Shown: piece after piece, positions 1 to 10,309 of the stretch
Layout of the letters: each line of letters starts with the position of its first letter
Position numbering within the stretch: the first letter of the stretch is position 1
Assembly (NCBI GenBank): GCA_019358915.1
Contig: JAHHIM010000003.1
Coordinates: forward strand, 64,001 to 128,000
Length of the DNA stretch: 64,000 nucleotides
Direction: 5' to 3'
Source of the DNA: Trichormus sp. ATA11-4-KO1
GTDB taxonomy: Bacteria > Cyanobacteriota > Cyanobacteriia > Cyanobacteriales > Nostocaceae
The notes under the pieces: model-generated
What the model was told of the DNA's origin: nothing
The model's input: only the letters and a program-made list of their open reading frames with translations
Databases searched by the model: none
Program-made: the position numbers and the translations under genes

Positions 1-206
1 TGGGTTTGCAGCGTTTCCGTATGCTGCATCATCGCTGCTGTATAGGCGTTTTCTGCTTCCAAATAAGCGATAACTTGCGGATTTTCTAGATCGCGCATCC
101 AAAAATATTTATCTATGCGGCGATCGCCATGTAATTCTAAAAGCTGTGGCTGTTGTTCAGCAATAGGTGGCGTGACGATTTTTTGTAAAACATGATCTTT
201 ATTCAT
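1..206 (-). CDS. ptrB: Oligopeptidase B / S9 peptidase, N-terminal part (runs off window)
   Basis: Manual translation MNKDHVLQKIVTPPIAEQQPQLLELHGDRRIDKYFWMRDLENPQVIAYLEAENAYT matches the typical PtrB N-terminus (HGD.R.D.Y.W.R...V..YL.AEN.Y). Confidence 0.85.
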   Translation of the reverse strand, partial: MNKDHVLQKIVTPPIAEQQPQLLELHGDRRIDKYFWMRDLENPQVIAYLEAENAYTAAMMQHTETLQT

Positions 207-236
207 AATTTTTAACCTGTAGCAAATAACCAGCAA

Positions 237-983
237 CTAGCTGTTGGAAACTGAAGATGAACTAGAACTTTTAGTTTGGCGATGAGAGTTTCTTTTTAAG
301 GTACACAAGCCAATTGCTGGTATAACTCCGAGAATCACGGACGTAAATCCTTGTTCACTCCAATACAATATCGGAGTCCGATTCATTTCTGGAATCAAAT
401 TCTGCACAAGAGAAAGCGACCAAACGCAAATACTGATCAAAAAGAAGGAAACAGAAGGCAGAAAATTCCACAACCACGCTTGTTTTGTGTAACGCCGTAA
501 CACTAGCCATTGGCACATCCCTAGCCAAATTCCCGAAAGAATATATGAGATTGTTGACAAAAAGCCCAAGATAACAATTAACTCAGGAGAGACAACTTGA
601 TTTAAAGAGGTGGCAATAGATGAAATATAATTCACCCAGGCGATCGCTATGCTATTGGCAATCAGCCAACCTGCACTAGTCGCCAGCATCCATCGCCAAC
701 CAGAGAGATAGCGACGCAGGACAAGAGCTTGATCGGCGGCAAAAATTACCGCAAACACAATGTTACCGAGTATTTTAACCCAGTGAAAAGAATCGGCAGG
801 TGGTAGGCTTCCCAGGATACTTGTTTCTAAACCTATGCTAGCAATACCACCCACAACCCATCCCAAGACGGTCATCAAGGTAAACAAAACACAAAATTGC
901 CGTCGCTGGGAACGGGGAATCAATAATTTTCCTACTTGAGAAGTAGATGCAACACGAGAAGGACTATTAGAGGATGTTTGCAT
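237..983 (-). CDS. Hypothetical multi-pass membrane protein
   Basis: 248 aa ORF, about 6 hydrophobic segments, repeated Q.LVLRRY motifs. Confidence 0.7.
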   Translation of the reverse strand: MQTSSNSPSRVASTSQVGKLLIPRSQRRQFCVLFTLMTVLGWVVGGIASIGLETSILGSLPPADSFHWVKILGNIVFAVIFAADQALVLRRYLSGWRWMLATSAGWLIANSIAIAWVNYISSIATSLNQVVSPELIVILGFLSTISYILSGIWLGMCQWLVLRRYTKQAWLWNFLPSVSFFLISICVWSLSLVQNLIPEMNRTPILYWSEQGFTSVILGVIPAIGLCTLKRNSHRQTKSSSSSSVSNS

Positions 984-1016
984 ATTGAGGGAGTAGGGAG
1001 TTAGGGAAGAATATTT

Positions 1017-1048
1017 AATTACGAATTACGAATTACGAATTACGAATT
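1017..1048. repeat. STRR heptamer array (AATTACG)x4
   Basis: Four tandem AATTACG plus a partial unit; same family (reverse complement) as 39698-39757. Confidence 0.95.
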
Positions 1049-1131
1049 GGTAATCAGCACTCTCAAAAGCGTAATCCCAGAATGATAAGCTAAACAGTGG
1101 CATAAAAAAGTGACTTAGGATGAAGTGTTAA

Positions 1132-2187
1132 ATGGGTGTTTCGTTAACGGCTCCTCATCTCCTCCGGGCTGCTCGTGGTGAAGTAGTAGATCGTCCCCCC
1201 GTCTGGATGATGCGACAAGCGGGACGATATATGAAAGCATATCGAGACTTACGGGAAAAATATCCTTCTTTCCGCGATCGCTCGGAAATTCCTGAAGTAG
1301 CGATTGAAGTTTCCCTGCAACCTTGGAGAGCATTCCAGCCAGACGGAGTGATTTTATTTTCCGACATTGTCACCCCATTGCCTGGATTGGGCATTGAGAT
1401 GGACATTGCGGAAGGTAAAGGCCCTATCATTCACTCGCCTATCCGTACCCAAGAACAAATTGATCGCCTGCGTCCCTTAGAACCAGAAGCAGCACTCCCT
1501 TTTATTAAGACAATTTTGCAAGCGTTACGCCAGGAAGTAGGCAATCAATCAACAGTTTTAGGCTTTGTGGGTGCGCCGTGGACACTAGCGGCTTATGCGG
1601 TGGAGGGTAAAGGTTCCAAAACCTACTCTGTGATCAAAAATATGGCGTTTTCCGATCCGACCATGTTACATCAGCTATTAGCCAAATTAGCTGATGCGAT
1701 CGCGGTTTATACACGCTACCAAATTGATTGTGGCGCTCAAGTTGTGCAAATGTTCGATTCCTGGGCAGGTCAACTGAGTCCCCAAGATTATGATACTTTT
1801 GCTTTGCCTTATCAGCAAAGGGTTTTCCAGCAAGTCAAGCAAACCCATCCTGATACACCATTGATTTTGTTGGTTAGCGGTAGTGCAGGTGTGCTGGAGA
1901 GAATGCCTAAATCGGGTGCAGATGTTGTAACTGTCGATTGGGCTGTGGACATGGCAGAAGCCAGAGCCAGATTAGGCAAACACGTGAAAGTCCAAGGAAA
2001 TCTTGACCCAGGTGTATTATTTGGCTCTAAAGAGTTTATCCGCGAGCGAATTTTAGATACTGTTCGCAAAGCTGGTAATTGGGGTCATATTCTCAATCTC
2101 GGTCATGGTGTACTACCAGAAACTCCAGAAGAAAATGTCGCTTTCTTCTTTGAAACAGCCAAGCAACTCAAGGCTGTAGGAGTTTGA
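1132..2187 (+). CDS. hemE: Uroporphyrinogen decarboxylase
   Basis: [30 protein letters not shown] motifs. Confidence 0.97.
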   Translation: MGVSLTAPHLLRAARGEVVDRPPVWMMRQAGRYMKAYRDLREKYPSFRDRSEIPEVAIEVSLQPWRAFQPDGVILFSDIVTPLPGLGIEMDIAEGKGPIIHSPIRTQEQIDRLRPLEPEAALPFIKTILQALRQEVGNQSTVLGFVGAPWTLAAYAVEGKGSKTYSVIKNMAFSDPTMLHQLLAKLADAIAVYTRYQIDCGAQVVQMFDSWAGQLSPQDYDTFALPYQQRVFQQVKQTHPDTPLILLVSGSAGVLERMPKSGADVVTVDWAVDMAEARARLGKHVKVQGNLDPGVLFGSKEFIRERILDTVRKAGNWGHILNLGHGVLPETPEENVAFFFETAKQLKAVGV

Positions 2188-2191
2188 TTCC

Positions 2192-2245
2192 CTTTGTTTC
2201 TTGGTGTCTTGGTGTTTTTAACCACAAAGACACTAAGACACAAAG
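2192..2245. repeat. Octamer-based palindromic repeat (CTTGGTGT / ACACAAAG type)
   Basis: Inverted arrangement of octamer units downstream of hemE; related to the core of the 14714 and 31287 elements. Confidence 0.7.
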
Positions 2246-2319
2246 AAATATAAATTGGAACTTTTAAATAGATTTTTAAATCTTAAATTTTTAATTACTA
2301 GTTTTATTTACAATTCCAT

Positions 2320-3279
2320 ATGAGCCAAAAAAGAATTTTAGTAACGGGTGCCAGTGGGTGTATAGGTCACTATATAACAGAAACTTTAATTCAAAATACC
2401 AATCACGAACTGTATTTATTAGTCAGAAATCCCAAAAAACTACAAGTTGATACTACAGTGCGCCCTGGGATCAATGTTGTGCAGGGTGATATGCAAAACA
2501 TTAGCCTTTTAGCTAATTTATTACCAACAATTGATACAGCCGTCCTCACAGCTACTGCTTGGGGTGGTGATGAAACATTTGATGTTAATGTCGTCAAGAC
2601 TCTAGAGTTAATGCAATTGTTAGATCCACAACGCTGTGAACAAGTAATTTATTTCTCTACAGCTAGTGTTTTGGATCGTCACAATCAACCTTTAAAGGAA
2701 GCTGGGGAAATTGGTACAGACTATATTCGTTCCAAATATGACTGTTTACAGAAAACTTCAAAATTAGAAATAGCTCCCAAAATTACCAAAGTTTTTCCCA
2801 CTTTAGTTTTAGGTGGCGATGATAATAAACCTTATTCTCATGCAACATCGGGAATTCCCGAAATTGCGAAATATATTAATTTAATTCGTTGGTTGCAAGT
2901 AGACGGTAGTTTCCATTTTATCCACGGACGAGACATTGCGACTACGGTGCAACATTTAATTGAACATCCGCCCCAAGCAAACGAACCGCGCCAATTTGTT
3001 TTAGGACAAGCAGCGTTAACAGCAAATCAAGCAGTGGAACAAGTTTGTACTTATCTGGGAAAGAAAATTTATTATCGTATTCCTTTATCTTTAGCATTGG
3101 CTAATTTGATTATTGCCGTGTTTCGTATTCAAATGGCCGCCTGGGATCGGTTCTGCATGAACTATCGCCATTTTAGTTATGAAACTGTGGTCAATCCAGC
3201 TAGTTTTGGTTTACCAAATTACTGTGCAACTATGAGTGATGTTTTAAAAATTAGCGGTGTCAAAGGTGCAAGAAACTGA
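2320..3279 (+). CDS. NAD-dependent epimerase/dehydratase (extended SDR family)
   Basis: TGASGCIG Rossmann motif and YIRSK catalytic motif. Confidence 0.85.
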   Translation: MSQKRILVTGASGCIGHYITETLIQNTNHELYLLVRNPKKLQVDTTVRPGINVVQGDMQNISLLANLLPTIDTAVLTATAWGGDETFDVNVVKTLELMQLLDPQRCEQVIYFSTASVLDRHNQPLKEAGEIGTDYIRSKYDCLQKTSKLEIAPKITKVFPTLVLGGDDNKPYSHATSGIPEIAKYINLIRWLQVDGSFHFIHGRDIATTVQHLIEHPPQANEPRQFVLGQAALTANQAVEQVCTYLGKKIYYRIPLSLALANLIIAVFRIQMAAWDRFCMNYRHFSYETVVNPASFGLPNYCATMSDVLKISGVKGARN

Positions 3280-3285
3280 ATCAAA

Positions 3286-3330
3286 TACTATGCTGCTGCT
3301 GATGTCTGCGTAGTGCCCAGTCACTATGAA
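3286..3330 (+). pseudogene. 15-codon relic of a GT4 glycosyltransferase
   Basis: Reads YYAAADVCVVPSHYE, the conserved GT4 donor-binding segment, with no surrounding ORF. Confidence 0.6.
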
Positions 3331-3367
3331 CTCTTCCTCTGTGCTGTTGTGCATGTCTAGATTAGGA

Positions 3368-3994
3368 TTAACTTCCACGCAAAAAGCTCCTTAACCACCT
3401 AATCGCCTCACTTGTTGTTTGCTCATTTACAATTTGGAGGCATTGCTGCACAATTTCTCTGAGGTTAGGAAAATAGCTGCTTTCTGTAATTACGTAATTT
3501 TCACCCTGCAATCTATAAATTAATAGCTGCTTATTCTTTAACAGCCAAACCTCTGGCACTTTATAAGGAAGATAGTCATCAATATTGGTATAGCTAGTAA
3601 CATCTACTTCAATCACTAAATCAGGTGGTGGATCTAATTCCCAATTAATTTTCTTTTTACCTACTACTGCTCTCCAGTTTTCAATATAAAAACAAAAGTC
3701 AGGCTCAATGCCGCCGACTTCTGGCAAGCTCATGGTGATGGGCGTAAATGAGTCGTATGTGCAGTTTAAGTGGTCAAGTAAAGCTGTTACTATCAATCCC
3801 AGCAAGCTCGCATCCCTTCCATGCTCTGGTAGCGGTGCCATTAGCAAAATCTCTCCAGGTCGATATTTAATGCGAGGGGAGCAGCGATCGCCAAGTTGCT
3901 GACTCAATGCTTGATAGTCTTGCCAAGATCCCAACATCCTGACAACTGTGCCAGGTGGCAACTCGATTCTTTCAGGTGTAATTACAGTGTGCAT
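3368..3994 (-). CDS. Uma2 family endonuclease (DUF820)
   Basis: IEPDFCFY, PPPDLVIEVDVTS, YKVPEVW motifs. Confidence 0.9.
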   Translation of the reverse strand: MHTVITPERIELPPGTVVRMLGSWQDYQALSQQLGDRCSPRIKYRPGEILLMAPLPEHGRDASLLGLIVTALLDHLNCTYDSFTPITMSLPEVGGIEPDFCFYIENWRAVVGKKKINWELDPPPDLVIEVDVTSYTNIDDYLPYKVPEVWLLKNKQLLIYRLQGENYVITESSYFPNLREIVQQCLQIVNEQTTSEAIRWLRSFLRGS

Positions 3995-4153
3995 ATTCGC
4001 CTACCTTGAGAAACTCCGGCTACACCAAAACGTTTGACTGTTTTTGATGAACCCCTATTATGCGCTCTGCATTTATTTCAATCATCTAAAGTGTTAACGG
4101 TTATATCCACTCAAAAATTGAAGTCGGAAGCAACACTAACGAAATATTCTCAC

Positions 4154-5275
4154 TTATGCTAAAGGTAAGAAAAAACAAAATGTGCTGCCAATTCCCAGTT
4201 CGCTTTCTACATAAATCTTACCGCCTTGCAATTCCACTAAACGGCGGGTGATGGTTAAACCAATACCTGTACCTCCAGAATGGCGATCGCGTGATTGGTC
4301 AGCACGCCAAAAGCGCTCAAACACATGAGGTAAATCTTCTGGGGCAATGCCAATCCCTGTATCCACAACTGCAATCCAAAGTTTAGCTGCTTCAGTCCAA
4401 ACACGCAGAGTAATTGTACCTTGAACTGTGTAGCGTACTGCATTACCTAGTAGATTGACTAGCACCTGTTCTGTGCGATCAATATCTGCCAATACCAAAG
4501 GTAGTGAGGATGGACATTCCCAACGTAAAACAGGGCCATCTTCCCACAACTGATCGCTAAATTTCTCCACTAGTGACTCGAATAAAGGAAACAAATTCAC
4601 AGGTTGGATATTAATTGGCAGATAACCCGCTTCTGCTTTGGAAAGTTCTTGTAAATCGTTAACTAACCGCTCTAAGCGTTTAGTTTCCTTGGCCAACCGC
4701 CGATAAATTTCCGGAGAAGGTTCCATTTGTCCATCGGCGAGTTCTTCTAAGTAACCACGTACAACTGTTAATGGTGTCCGCAGTTCATGGGTCATATCTC
4801 CAATTAATTCCCGCCGCCGTGCTTCTACCCCTTCTAAACTGGCTGCCATTCGATTAAAACTAGTACCCAATCGCTGGAGTTCTGGAATATCAGACAGAGG
4901 TAGCCGTGCTTCTAGTTGACCAGCCGCAAACTTTTGCGTAATTTGTTCCATCTCCGTCAACCGCAGCATAATCCGTCTAGATACCCAGTAACTTAATCCT
5001 CCCGCAGCAGTGCTACCAACTAAAACAGACCAAATAGTACTTCGCCGCCAAGCAGTTTCAAATCCTTGAACTAATTGAGTGCGGATATTAATTAATCTCA
5101 TCCCTCTACTTTCTAATCTTTCCAAATGCAGAATAAAAAGGTGGGGAGAAGAGACTTTGCTGATGATCACAAGACTAATTAATCCCACCATCATGACTAC
5201 CAGGTGAGATAAAAAGAGGCGCGATGCCAAAGGTAAGGATTTTGTCCAACGCCAGCCGATCTTAAACATCCTCAC
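4154..5275 (-). CDS. HAMP-domain sensor histidine kinase
   Basis: 2 TM segments, HAMP, HELRTPL H-box, NAVRYT, DTGIGI, GTGIGL boxes. Confidence 0.95.
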   Translation of the reverse strand: MRMFKIGWRWTKSLPLASRLFLSHLVVMMVGLISLVIISKVSSPHLFILHLERLESRGMRLINIRTQLVQGFETAWRRSTIWSVLVGSTAAGGLSYWVSRRIMLRLTEMEQITQKFAAGQLEARLPLSDIPELQRLGTSFNRMAASLEGVEARRRELIGDMTHELRTPLTVVRGYLEELADGQMEPSPEIYRRLAKETKRLERLVNDLQELSKAEAGYLPINIQPVNLFPLFESLVEKFSDQLWEDGPVLRWECPSSLPLVLADIDRTEQVLVNLLGNAVRYTVQGTITLRVWTEAAKLWIAVVDTGIGIAPEDLPHVFERFWRADQSRDRHSGGTGIGLTITRRLVELQGGKIYVESELGIGSTFCFFLPLA

Positions 5276-5982
5276 GCTACCGGAGAATCTTCAAATTTGT
5301 ACCCTACCCCAACCACAGTTTTAATAAAAGTGGGACTAGCCGGATCAGGCTCAATTTTTTTTCGTAACCGCGCTACATGAGTATCAACCACACGCTCATC
5401 GCCAAAAAAATTATCGCCCCAAAGTTTGTCAATTAGCTGAGTGCGGTTCCACACTCGACCAGGATTACTGACAAAGGTGCTTAATAAATTAAATTCCAAG
5501 GTAGTTAAGTCCAAAGTTTCTGCTGGCTGGGAATTCATCTGACGACTGGCAGTGCGTTGATCTAAATCAACTATAAAATGTTGGGTACGATTCATCTGAT
5601 GCTGTCCCCCTTGGCGGAGACTACGCCGCAATAATGCCCGCACCCTAGCAACTAATTCTCTGGGGCTGAAGGGTTTAACCATGTAGTCATCAGCACCAGT
5701 GGATAAGCCAATCACGCGATCAATTTCCTCACCCTTCGCTGTCAGCATCAAAATATAGGGGTCTTTGGCACCGGGTTGCTGGCGAATCCTCGCACAAACT
5801 TCCAGTCCATCTAACCCAGGAATCATTAAGTCTAAAATGATTAAATCTGGTGGTTGCTCCTGAAACATCCGCAGGGCATTGACTCCATCGCGACTCATGC
5901 GACAGGAAAATCCTTCTTTATTCAAAGAAAGTTGGATTAATTGAGCAATTTCCGGTTCATCCTCAACAATTAAAATATCCAT
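5272..5982 (-). CDS. OmpR/PhoB-family response regulator
   Basis: Receiver domain (VEDE, LDLMIPG, KPF) plus winged helix (VDTHVARLRKK, TVVGVGYKF); 4-nt overlap with the kinase. Confidence 0.95.
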   Translation of the reverse strand: MDILIVEDEPEIAQLIQLSLNKEGFSCRMSRDGVNALRMFQEQPPDLIILDLMIPGLDGLEVCARIRQQPGAKDPYILMLTAKGEEIDRVIGLSTGADDYMVKPFSPRELVARVRALLRRSLRQGGQHQMNRTQHFIVDLDQRTASRQMNSQPAETLDLTTLEFNLLSTFVSNPGRVWNRTQLIDKLWGDNFFGDERVVDTHVARLRKKIEPDPASPTFIKTVVGVGYKFEDSPVA

Positions 5983-6100
5983 CTCAATTAGGATTAAATA
6001 AAATACGCAGAGTAATTCCCTGGTTTGTCATTCTACTCCATTAACCTGATACAGGTCTGGCAGTCATGAATGTAAAATTGGATGGATTCACAATGAGAAT

Positions 6101-6811
6101 TTACAGATGGGAATTGGACAGAGTTCGATAACTATAGCCTAAATGAGAATCCTTTTGAATGTATTGTTTAATGCTATCGAGATCAAGGAAATAGTCAGCA
6201 ACATCAATTAAACTGTCACTGGTCATAGCTCTTAAACTCACAACTTCAACCCGAGATCCTGTACTAGTGACAGCATTAACAGCATAAGCCAAATCTCTAT
6301 CTCCACTGACTAAAATTGCCGTATCGTAGTAGGGAGCTAAAGTAATCATATCAACAGCAATTTCTACATTCAAATTGTGTTTTTTGGTATGATCTGCCAG
6401 TTGCACTTCTTTGGTAACTACACGGTAACCATTCCGACGCATCCAAAAGAGAAAACCTTGTTGTTTCTCACTAGTACGGGGACGTGTAGTCGTTGGTCGG
6501 GAAATATCAACCACTGTGTAAAAGAAAGCACGTAGCAACCGCGAACCAGCAGTTAAACGACAAAGCAATTTGAGATAATCGATTTCCATGCCGAGTTGTA
6601 AAGCTGTATGAAATAGGCTAACGCCATCAATAAAAATAGCTACTCGACCACGATTTAAATCTTTGACCAGGGAACTGTCAGATATAGGCTCCCGTCTTTT
6701 GGGATTTTCACCTTTGATACCATTTTTTATCAGGACTTTCCCTGGTAAATGAGGTTCCTCTTCAGGGCGTTTATATGCATTTTCTGGTTTGGTAAAATTA
6801 GTGATAGTCAT
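6101..6811 (-). CDS. NYN-domain protein (LabA/DUF88 family)
   Basis: IFIDG, IAVDM, LVSGDRD, LIDVADYF motifs. Confidence 0.88.
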   Translation of the reverse strand: MTITNFTKPENAYKRPEEEPHLPGKVLIKNGIKGENPKRREPISDSSLVKDLNRGRVAIFIDGVSLFHTALQLGMEIDYLKLLCRLTAGSRLLRAFFYTVVDISRPTTTRPRTSEKQQGFLFWMRRNGYRVVTKEVQLADHTKKHNLNVEIAVDMITLAPYYDTAILVSGDRDLAYAVNAVTSTGSRVEVVSLRAMTSDSLIDVADYFLDLDSIKQYIQKDSHLGYSYRTLSNSHL

Positions 6812-7942
6812 TGACTCCTCTAGATTTTAAATCTGGAAATGCTTTTGGGTAAATTGGCAATAGATCGACTTGGCTGATTGACCAGCCTAGCCGCAAATAC
6901 AGTCAAATCGTGTTAATTGTGGAGATTCCAAACTTTAACGCCCCAGAGTTTTAACTCTTCTCAGGGCGGATTTTACGAGATATTCCCTTTGCCTACAGTT
7001 ATGCTGCTCTTTACCTACCTCTACATGCAAAAACTTGAGTGCAGAATAGATTTAGGCATGAGCCATCGGCATCTATGTTTATTGTACATCTTTATTTTAA
7101 AAACCTTTAATTAAGGGAATATTTAAATATTGGGGCAATGAAAACTACACCAAATATTAGTACTAAATTCTTGACATAAAAAGATTATTTATTCATTAAT
7201 TTTAAAATATTTAATATCATCAATTTTCAGGTTAATAAGCATTATCAACAAGATTCATACTGGTTATTATATGCTTTCCATGATGAAATTTATTATTTGT
7301 TCTTGACACGATAACTAAACTTTTTGCGGTATTTTAATCTTATAAATAATTAGGTCAGCATAAATAATTAAAATTTTGTAGTGAGGGCTATTTTTTCCAT
7401 CCAAATCAAGCTTACTTTTTTATATTGTTTCACATGATTTGATTTATTCTCGCCGACTCCAAAAAATCGGCGGATGACTATCTCTTCAAAAAGTGGGAAA
7501 GATAGTTGCCTGGCGATTTAGTTACTAGTCATAATGACTTGAAATTTCACAGCTACGACAAAGAGAGTAACAATGTGTTCTTAGCTGTGGGATGACTTAA
7601 AGAAATAGTATTAAGCAATTTGTATTCTTGATTACTGACAAACTTAAACTCCACCTCTCCTTCCGAGGGAGGGAATGGATTTAGCAAAAAGATAAATTTA
7701 TTTTTAGACTAGTCCACTATTAACATGTCTTTGCTCATCTCCTCCTGCGGTGTCTTCACCTTGGAGGTTATTTTTTTGAGCGCGATAAAACTAGCTAGAG
7801 AAGCGTAATCTCAAGAGTGGCTAAATACACATCAACAAGGAACATCTCAGTTTTCGAGGTGTAACTTAAAAAGAGGTAATGTGTTGAGGTAGGATAGCTC
7901 CCAGGACATCAATAGAGCTACATCCTACAAAAAAACATAATT

Positions 7943-9034
7943 ATGACCACTTCCCCAATCCCTGCTCAAGAATCTTCTGCTAGCTGGTATATCTTGCTGC
8001 AACAATTAATGGATGGTCAATCATTATCCCGCGCTCAAGCCACTGAATTGATGCAAGGGTGGTTAACCGAAGCCGTTCCGCCAGAATTATCAGGAGCAAT
8101 TTTAACAGCGCTGAACTTTAAAGGTGTTTCTGCTGAAGAGTTGACTGGGATGGCTGAAGTATTACAATCTCAATCTTCCCCACTTCCTACTCACCACTCC
8201 CGTACGACTACGCTCACGGCAAGCCCACTCCCCACTGTCATAGATACCTGTGGCACCGGCGGCGACGGGTCATCAACTTTTAACATTTCCACAGCAGTCG
8301 CCTTTGTTGCTGCTGCCCACGGTGTACCCGTTGCGAAACACGGCAATCGTTCGGCATCAAGTCTTACAGGCAGTGCCGATGTTTTGGAAGCTTTGGGAGT
8401 AAATCTTAGTGCCTCTAGTGAAAAGGTGCAAGCAGCACTACATGAGGTGGGGATCACGTTTTTGTTTGCGCCTGGTTGGCATCCAGCCCTGAAGGCCGTT
8501 GCTTCTTTGCGTCGGACTTTAAAAGTGCGAACCGTATTTAATTTACTGGGGCCGTTAGTTAATCCCTTGCGTCCGCATGGTCAGGTGGTAGGGCTATTTA
8601 CTCCCAAACTTTTGGCAACTGTTGCCCAGGCTTTACACAATTTGGGTAAACAAAAAGCAATAGTCTTGCATGGGCGAGAAAGACTCGATGAGGCTGGTTT
8701 AGGTGATTTAACTGATTTGGCAATTTTATCTGGAGGTGAGGTGCAGTTAACTACTGTGAATCCCCAGGAAGTAGGTATCACAACTGCTCCCATAGCGGCA
8801 CTCCGGGGTGGGGATGTTCAAGAAAATGCAGTAATTCTCAAGGCAGTGCTGCAAGGTAAGGGAACTCAGGCACAACAAGACGCAGTGGCATTAAATGCCT
8901 CATTGGCACTGCAAGTGGCGGGTGTAATTCCGTTGTTAGATCATGCCCAAGGTGTGAGTGTGGCTAGGGAAATTCTCCAGAGTGGTTCCCCTTGGGAAAA
9001 ACTGGAACAGCTAGTTCAGTTCCTCCAGAATTAA
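7943..9034 (+). CDS. trpD: Anthranilate phosphoribosyltransferase
   Basis: [27 protein letters not shown] motifs; linker contains repeat-derived insertion. Confidence 0.97.
   Translation: MTTSPIPAQESSASWYILLQQLMDGQSLSRAQATELMQGWLTEAVPPELSGAILTALNFKGVSAEELTGMAEVLQSQSSPLPTHHSRTTTLTASPLPTVIDTCGTGGDGSSTFNISTAVAFVAAAHGVPVAKHGNRSASSLTGSADVLEALGVNLSASSEKVQAALHEVGITFLFAPGWHPALKAVASLRRTLKVRTVFNLLGPLVNPLRPHGQVVGLFTPKLLATVAQALHNLGKQKAIVLHGRERLDEAGLGDLTDLAILSGGEVQLTTVNPQEVGITTAPIAALRGGDVQENAVILKAVLQGKGTQAQQDAVALNASLALQVAGVIPLLDHAQGVSVAREILQSGSPWEKLEQLVQFLQN
8200..8223 (+). repeat. Small dispersed repeat (stem-TCGACTTCGCTC-stem-CAAG family) inside trpD
   Basis: CCGT-ACGACTACGCTC-ACGG-CAAG; relatives at 26588, 38406, 52722 (minus) and 52798. 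Confidence 0.75.
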
Positions 9035-10061
9035 TTTCCGAGTGTGACTGGGGGCGAAATTCCACGACATCACGTTTAATGGTGACATCGTAGTTGCCAA
9101 AAAAGTCGTGCCCTAAAAGTCCGGTTTCTAGTTCTGCACCTGCGATCGCTACTGCTACTTTGTTGACCATGACTCCAGCAACTGCCATAGAATCAACATA
9201 GCCAACGGGAAATTCTACAGCTTTGGCACTGGCGGTATTTGCCTTAGCTGTCCCCACTGGCACTACTCCCAAGGCATTGGCCATGCGTTGGGTGATTACT
9301 GTTCCACTGGCTCCTGTATCCACAATCATCTCGAATTGCCGTTGGTTGTTGAAGGTGACTTCGACAATTGGTGTTCCACCAATTCGGCGTTTGATCGGGG
9401 CGATAAAAACTGCTGTTTCAGGAGACTGCAATTCTGAGGCAGAAAAAATAGGCTTTACTGGTGACAGTTTTATGGATGCCGGTGGTGTTGGGGTGGGTTG
9501 AGGCGTGGTTTTAGCTGGGGGCACAACCACTACTATGCTTTTATTATCTACTTTTGGTGATGATACAGGGCGGGGCGTGGCTTTCTGGAGAGCATTTTTA
9601 ACTTGACGGCGATATTCTGAGATTTTGGTTTGGGCAGTAGCAAACTCAGGGCTTTGTTTTGGCACTTTTCGCATCAGGGCGATCGCATCTTGAAACTGAC
9701 TCGCCACCAAATTCCAATCATCTGGCGATTGAGCAGATTGGCTGATGCTCCAGGCTCCTACAGCTTTATCTAGCGCGAGTTCAAAAGAATTTACTTCCGG
9801 TGCCAACGATGGCAGTGCTGTAGGTGCTGGAATAGCTGGTGGTGTTGCTTGTTCCACAGAAGGCGATTCTGCCAGATTGTCAGTGACTATAGAATTTTGA
9901 TTGCTAATAGTCCCAGCAGTCTGTTTTCCTTCATTGCAAGCAACACCCAAAACCGCTAGAGTGCTGGAGATAACAATAAGCGTTGCACGAGATAAAAGAA
10001 ACTGAAGCATAATTAACTTCAAATTTACCTGCTTAAGGGACTGCAAATCTACTTTTGCCAC
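8964..10061 (-). CDS. Retropepsin-like aspartyl protease, likely lipoprotein
   Basis: MIVDTGAS and GLLGHDF motifs; LGVAC lipobox-like; true start probably downstream of 10061. Confidence 0.85.
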   Translation of the reverse strand: MAKVDLQSLKQVNLKLIMLQFLLSRATLIVISSTLAVLGVACNEGKQTAGTISNQNSIVTDNLAESPSVEQATPPAIPAPTALPSLAPEVNSFELALDKAVGAWSISQSAQSPDDWNLVASQFQDAIALMRKVPKQSPEFATAQTKISEYRRQVKNALQKATPRPVSSPKVDNKSIVVVVPPAKTTPQPTPTPPASIKLSPVKPIFSASELQSPETAVFIAPIKRRIGGTPIVEVTFNNQRQFEMIVDTGASGTVITQRMANALGVVPVGTAKANTASAKAVEFPVGYVDSMAVAGVMVNKVAVAIAGAELETGLLGHDFFGNYDVTIKRDVVEFRPQSHSEINSGGTELAVPVFPKGNHSGEFP

Positions 10062-10309
10062 TGATTCCCCTTGATAAATTTTAACTGTTTGATTTTTAAT
10101 TTTTAATTAATTCCCACCAGAACAAGTAAATCCTGAACTCATGGGATAATTAACATTCGCAGTATTGACTAAATTGGTGACTAAAGACTGCTCACTATTA
10201 ACTGTTGACCTGTAAAAGGGACTAGGGAGCAGAGAGGATTACTCAAATATTTCCCCAATGCTCCATGCCCCATGTCCAATTCCCAATTCCTATTTTAATT
10301 TCATCAACT

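Noticed and set aside
1115..2069. Antisense/alternate-frame ORFs over hemE (and likewise over trpD, carA, cobJ, leuC, mazG, aroC, coxA, flv)
   Set aside because: Shadow ORFs of well-supported genes with no motifs or SD support
7740..7942. Trp attenuator leader upstream of trpD
   Set aside because: No short ORF with tandem Trp codons found; the hairpin is followed by an A run, not a U run
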